A stretch of 64,000 nucleotides of DNA from Bilabrum cf. latius (Eukaryota). The translations under genes and the position numbers were made by a program. Shown here one piece after another: positions 59,957 to 64,000 of this stretch (position 1 is the stretch's first letter; every line of letters begins with the position of its first letter). The stretch spans positions 1-64,000 of the forward strand of contig OZ237774.1 in NCBI GenBank assembly GCA_965178125.1, written 5' to 3'. The notes below the pieces were generated by a model that saw nothing but the letters and a program-made list of their open reading frames with translations, did not search any database and was not told the DNA's origin.

Positions 59957-62900
59957 TCATTTCCCGGGTGACGCACCTGCCTTGTTCCTCCGCTTGCCGC
60001 CTCGCTTCCCCCTCTTCTTGGACTTGCCTCCTTTCCCCTTGTCCTTGTCCTTGTCATCCCCTCCTTCCCCCCCTCCTTTGCCCCCATCCCCGTCCTTCCT
60101 CCTCTTTTTCTTGCTCCCACCTGCCCCACCGCCATCAGATCCACGCGACCTCTTCCCCCCGAGCCCCGCCCCCTCTCCCGCCCTCGCCACCCGCACGCGG
60201 TCCACTGCCTGCCCCCCTGCCACAGCCCCCGCACTCGCAGGCACTGCATACCCCCGCAGTGCAGGCGGCAGCGCCTCGAGCTCCTCCCGGCTGACGGGTC
60301 CCCCCACCGCCGATGCACCCCCTCCTACCCTCCCCTGCTGCTGCGACCCCCCACTCGTCACACCCCCCATCGATCCGATCCCTCGCCCCTCCTCGATCGC
60401 TGCCTCGAACGCCCTGGTGGCTTTCTTCACGCTCTTGTTGAAAACCGCCAGCAGCTGGGAGGCGGGCGCCTTGAGCTCCTCCCCCAGCGCATCGATGCTC
60501 TTGAGCTGGAGACCGATCCCAGCCAGCAGCAACTGCTGCAGCCTGCTGAAACCGACCCCGTGCCCCGCCAGCCGCCCGTGCAGGGCCAGCCTCGCCAGCG
60601 CCGGCATCAGATCCACGACCATGTGGTAGTCCACCAGCTGCCGCGAGTAGGCCCCCAGCCGCTTCAGGTCCAGCTGGGTCACGTGGCACAGCAACTCACC
60701 GGCAGACAGGGGCGCCCCCGGCATGCCAGGGGCGTCGCTGGACCCCACCGGCCTCTCGGCAACCGACGGCACGGAGGCCCCCTTGCCGTCCTTCCCACTG
60801 CCATCCTCTTGTTCCCCCGCCACACCGACGGGCCCCACGGCACTGTCCACCACCTGCAGCGCCAGCTTTGCCTCAAGTCCCTTGAGCGCAGCGGGGAGCA
60901 GGGAAGTGAAACGCCGGGCGAAGTCCCCCCGGAATGACCCCACCATGGAGGCGCACGCCCCCTCCGCACCCCCCACTGTTCCCTCACCCCCCACCGCGGC
61001 CCGCAGTGGCCTCAGCATGATGCACGTGTGTTCCCCGGTCAGCTCGTTGGAGGTCTGCCGCACGTACACGGGGACGTACCCAGCCCTGGCCCAGAACGCG
61101 AACAGCCTGGACGTGAGGCCGAAAGACACCCCCAGGTACTGCACCTCCTCGGGGGGGCGGTCCGAAAGCGCGGTGAGCAGAGGGGGCAGCTTCTTCCGGG
61201 GCGCGATCTCCTCCGTCAGGAGAGCAGAGGCATCGCCATCAGCATCACCACCCGCGCCCGCGCCTGATGCTGCAGCAGACGAGGATGAGGACGCTACCGC
61301 CCCGCTGCTGCTCCTCTTCCCCTCACCCTCTTCCTCCTCACCCTCGGCCTCCAGGGCGCCCCCCGCCCGCCCCTCGTAGTATGCCCGCAGCTGCCCCAGC
61401 GCGCGCCGGCCATACCCCATCCCCTGTGCATCGGGGTGTGTCGCGATCCTGACCACCCTCACCCCGGACAGCTCAGGGAATGCCTCCGCCTGGAACTGCT
61501 GGCTCACCGTCCAAGGGATCAGGTCCCCCGGCGCCCTGTGGCCCTTGGCCAGCGCCGCCCTGGCCGTCTCCTTGTTGATGGCGCCCTCCAGACACACCTG
61601 CAGCACGCACAGGACGTCGGGCAGCTGGGGGCCACCCTTGGACGAGGACGAGGAGGAGGAGGAGCTAGAGGGGGGGGCAAGCAGCACGAACAGCCGCTGG
61701 GCCGGCGCATCTGCGAGCAGCTGGAGGTCGTTGGGCGAGTTCTTGTAGTGGGAGGCCACGAGCAGCTGCACCGCCCTCTGCAGCATGCCTTCGCTGAGCC
61801 TGTGGTGGGAGAACAAGGCGTCCCTGTTCACGTGGAAGAGCTCGCAGGCGGAGGGAGGAGGCAGCGCGCCCGAGAGCCGGTACGGCTTCTCGGTCGCGTT
61901 GAGACACAGGAGGTCGTTCATCCACGCCTCCACGGGGTCACTGGTACCGTACCGGATGGGCGTCCTGAGCTCGATCTCACGGAAGCTGCGGCCAGCGGAG
62001 GAAGAGGAGGAGGAGGATGACCCAGCCCCCGAGGAAGCACGGCTGATTCCGGCCGCTCTCTTCCTCAGCTCACCCAGCAGTTTCAGCGACAGCGCCCTGC
62101 CTGTCCCTTCGTATCCGTTGACTGTGGATGACATGAAGACGAGGTAGGGCCCCAGCAGTGACCTGACCACTGGCAGCGGGATGGCAGCGGCCTCGTCGAT
62201 TGCGAGCAGCTCGCATTGGGACAGCTTCACTGCGTCTGTCGGGTGGATGTACTGCACCGTCTGCCGATGGTGCCTCGAGATGTCCACCCGCACGATGCTG
62301 CTGCCCCCATCCCCTCCCCTGCCGCCCCCATGCCCCGACCCCATGCCCATGCTCGCCGCCGCCACCGCCGAGAAATCCGAGTGTTCCTCGTACCCAAGGG
62401 CCCGCAGACCTCGGAATAGGAATTCGAACACCGTGCCGAGATTCTCGGGGGACGGCGCTGTGACGAATATGTTCGCATACCCGAACCCCACAGCGGAAGC
62501 CAGGGCCAGACCAAGTGCCGCCGACTTGCCCCGCCCCCTGCCCGCCGTCAGCGCCACAGTGGCCCGCAGCGATTTCTCCGCCGTGGCCTCCCCGAAAGTC
62601 ATGAGTGCCCTGGCCTGGTCCGCCGTCCTGGCCAGCCCGACGAGGGGACCCACCACGGGTGCATCTGCCATGGATTTCTGCACCTTTGCCAGCTCCTTGC
62701 CCTCGGGCCCGCCGTCAGACTCTGCCGAGGCAGTCGGCAGCTTGCTCCCGCTCCCCTCTTGCTTCTCCTCCTCGTTGACCGCGCCCCCGGAAGCAGCGGC
62801 CCCCAGTGCCCTCGCGTGCTGAGACACGGGCAGCACGTTGAGCTCGTCGTCCAGCACCAGGGCAGACCTGCACTGCGCAAGGGACAGCAGGAACCGCTCG

Positions 62901-63626
62901 TTGAACCGGGGAACAACGTCAGTGTGCGCGGCGGTGCGGAACCTCTGGTGCGCGTCCATGGCCATGGTGAACAGCTGCCTCAGGGAACTCATCGTCCTGA
63001 GCAGCAGCACCACCAGGCCGCCACCTTCGACCGTCTCCACCGTGCGGCACAGCAGGTTGGGCGTCAGCGCCTCGAAGTCCTGCAGCACGCACACACCAAA
63101 GGTCTGTCCCAGGACCTTGTGTGTGTCCTTGTAGTAGGTCCACTTGACGTGCGTGGCAGATACGAAGAGCTCGAATGGCTCCTCCCTCTGGCTGTCCCAG
63201 GTGCCTTTGCGCTGCTGCTGCTTGATGGCCTTCATTCGCTTCTGTCGGTGGCTGCGAGGGTACGGTTGGATATATGCTTTGGAGTGATACACTTAGCACA
63301 GACGAGTTCGTTGCACTGCTAAGGAGCTGCCGTCCCACAACTCATCATGATGGTCATGTGCAACTGCAACAGCGAACACCGTGCTCTACTTGAATGAAGT
63401 TTGCGGTATCTGCAGACGCATCTCACGTGCTAAAGCCTAGTTCTTTTGAATAGCACCACAGTACGGAGGGGCGCGCTTTCACGCGAAGCTTGGATAGCAT
63501 GTGATGCAAGTTCACAACTTGATCCCTGCCGCGGTCTCCTACGATCACAAACAGGCTGCGGTGCCGGTGCTTGATCCCCTGCTCCATCAGCGTCCGCACT
63601 CGAGAGTCAACCTTTTTCTTTGGCAT
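59957..63626 (-). CDS. NAT10: RNA cytidine acetyltransferase NAT10/Kre33; intron 63252-63426
   Basis: MPKKKVDSR..VLWCYSKELGFST|HRQKRM, LQDFEALTPNLL, TAGRGRGKSAALG, IDEAAAIPLP, SHYKNSPNDLQLL, RVVRIATHP..GYG; no internal TAG; TGA stop. Confidence 0.96.
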
Positions 63627-63806
63627 AATGTCTTGGGAAAGGCTGTTGATGCTTGAACCAAGCAGTGTATTGCGGGGGACAGCGGCAGGTTCGCCACTCC
63701 AAATAGAACGTTCGGTACATCGTCTGAAATTTCGCAACCGGCAATCATTTGAAGTTCCGGCGCAATGGTGTGGCAGTACTACGATATTATGCACGAGTTA
63801 GTTTGA

Positions 63807-64000
63807 ATGGTGAGTATTCTAGGCTCGATAGCGCTAGCTGCTCGTTTCGTTGCACCCGTAGTTGCAGTGCTTGCCAAAAAAAAATGCCAGGACGTTTCTT
63901 GGGCTAAACTCTCCAGTTCTCACTAGTGTCTGGATTTATCAAATGGATGTTGGAGAAGCCAAAGATGGATCTGGTGATGATTGGACTGCCGGGATCTGGC
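63807..64000 (+). CDS. ARF-family small GTPase (ARFRP1-like), 3'-partial; ATG-only first exon, intron 63810-63916
   Basis: ATG|GTGAGT...CTCCAG|FSLVSGFIKWMLEKPKMDLVMIGLPGSG, running into a P-loop at the window edge. Confidence 0.6.

Noticed and set aside
63884-63916. In-frame TAA upstream of the ARF-like P-loop as evidence for TAA=Gln
   Set aside because: It lies inside a GT-AG intron (63810-63916) following an ATG-only exon.

Overview
The window is a chimera of two genomes. Bases 1-~8548 are AT-rich Bacteroidota (Flavobacteriales-like) DNA: flavin reductase, phrB, manC, adk, obgE, PAP2, crcB, a T9SS-type PKD protein, a GHMP kinase and the 3' end of a probable HMG-CoA reductase. This part carries at least six single-base indels and is fused to the OUTER side of a eukaryotic (CCCTAA)n telomere, most likely a chimeric read, mis-join or contig concatenation. 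Bases ~8551-64000 are the left end of a compact, GC-rich protist chromosome. Its first ~9 kb are seven telomeric tracts alternating with polarised, 5'-truncated, tandem-repeat-containing units that share a fixed 3' junction (GATA|CCCTAA), the architecture expected of telomere-primed retroelements. Then come 14 complete genes and one partial gene. Main result: this eukaryote uses a non-standard nuclear genetic code. By hand I count 46 in-frame TAG codons in 12 of the 14 complete genes. They fall on invariant Gln positions (SerRS NCTDY*AR, TAPT1 G*D, desaturase *AYTF) and alternate with CAG in Gln-Gly repeats. Thirteen genes end in TGA, one appears to end in TAA, and I found no internal TAA. The best reading is TAG=Gln with TAA/TGA still stops, the rare decoupled code. 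The supplied ORF track (standard code) therefore fragments most eukaryotic genes. Other findings: a SerRS fused to an eEF1B-beta-like GST-C domain, a CvfB-like protein with a probable mitochondrial presequence, and a 10-mer (GTGTGACGAG) occurring 16 times inside coding sequence. All family assignments come from motifs recognised by eye; no searches were run.
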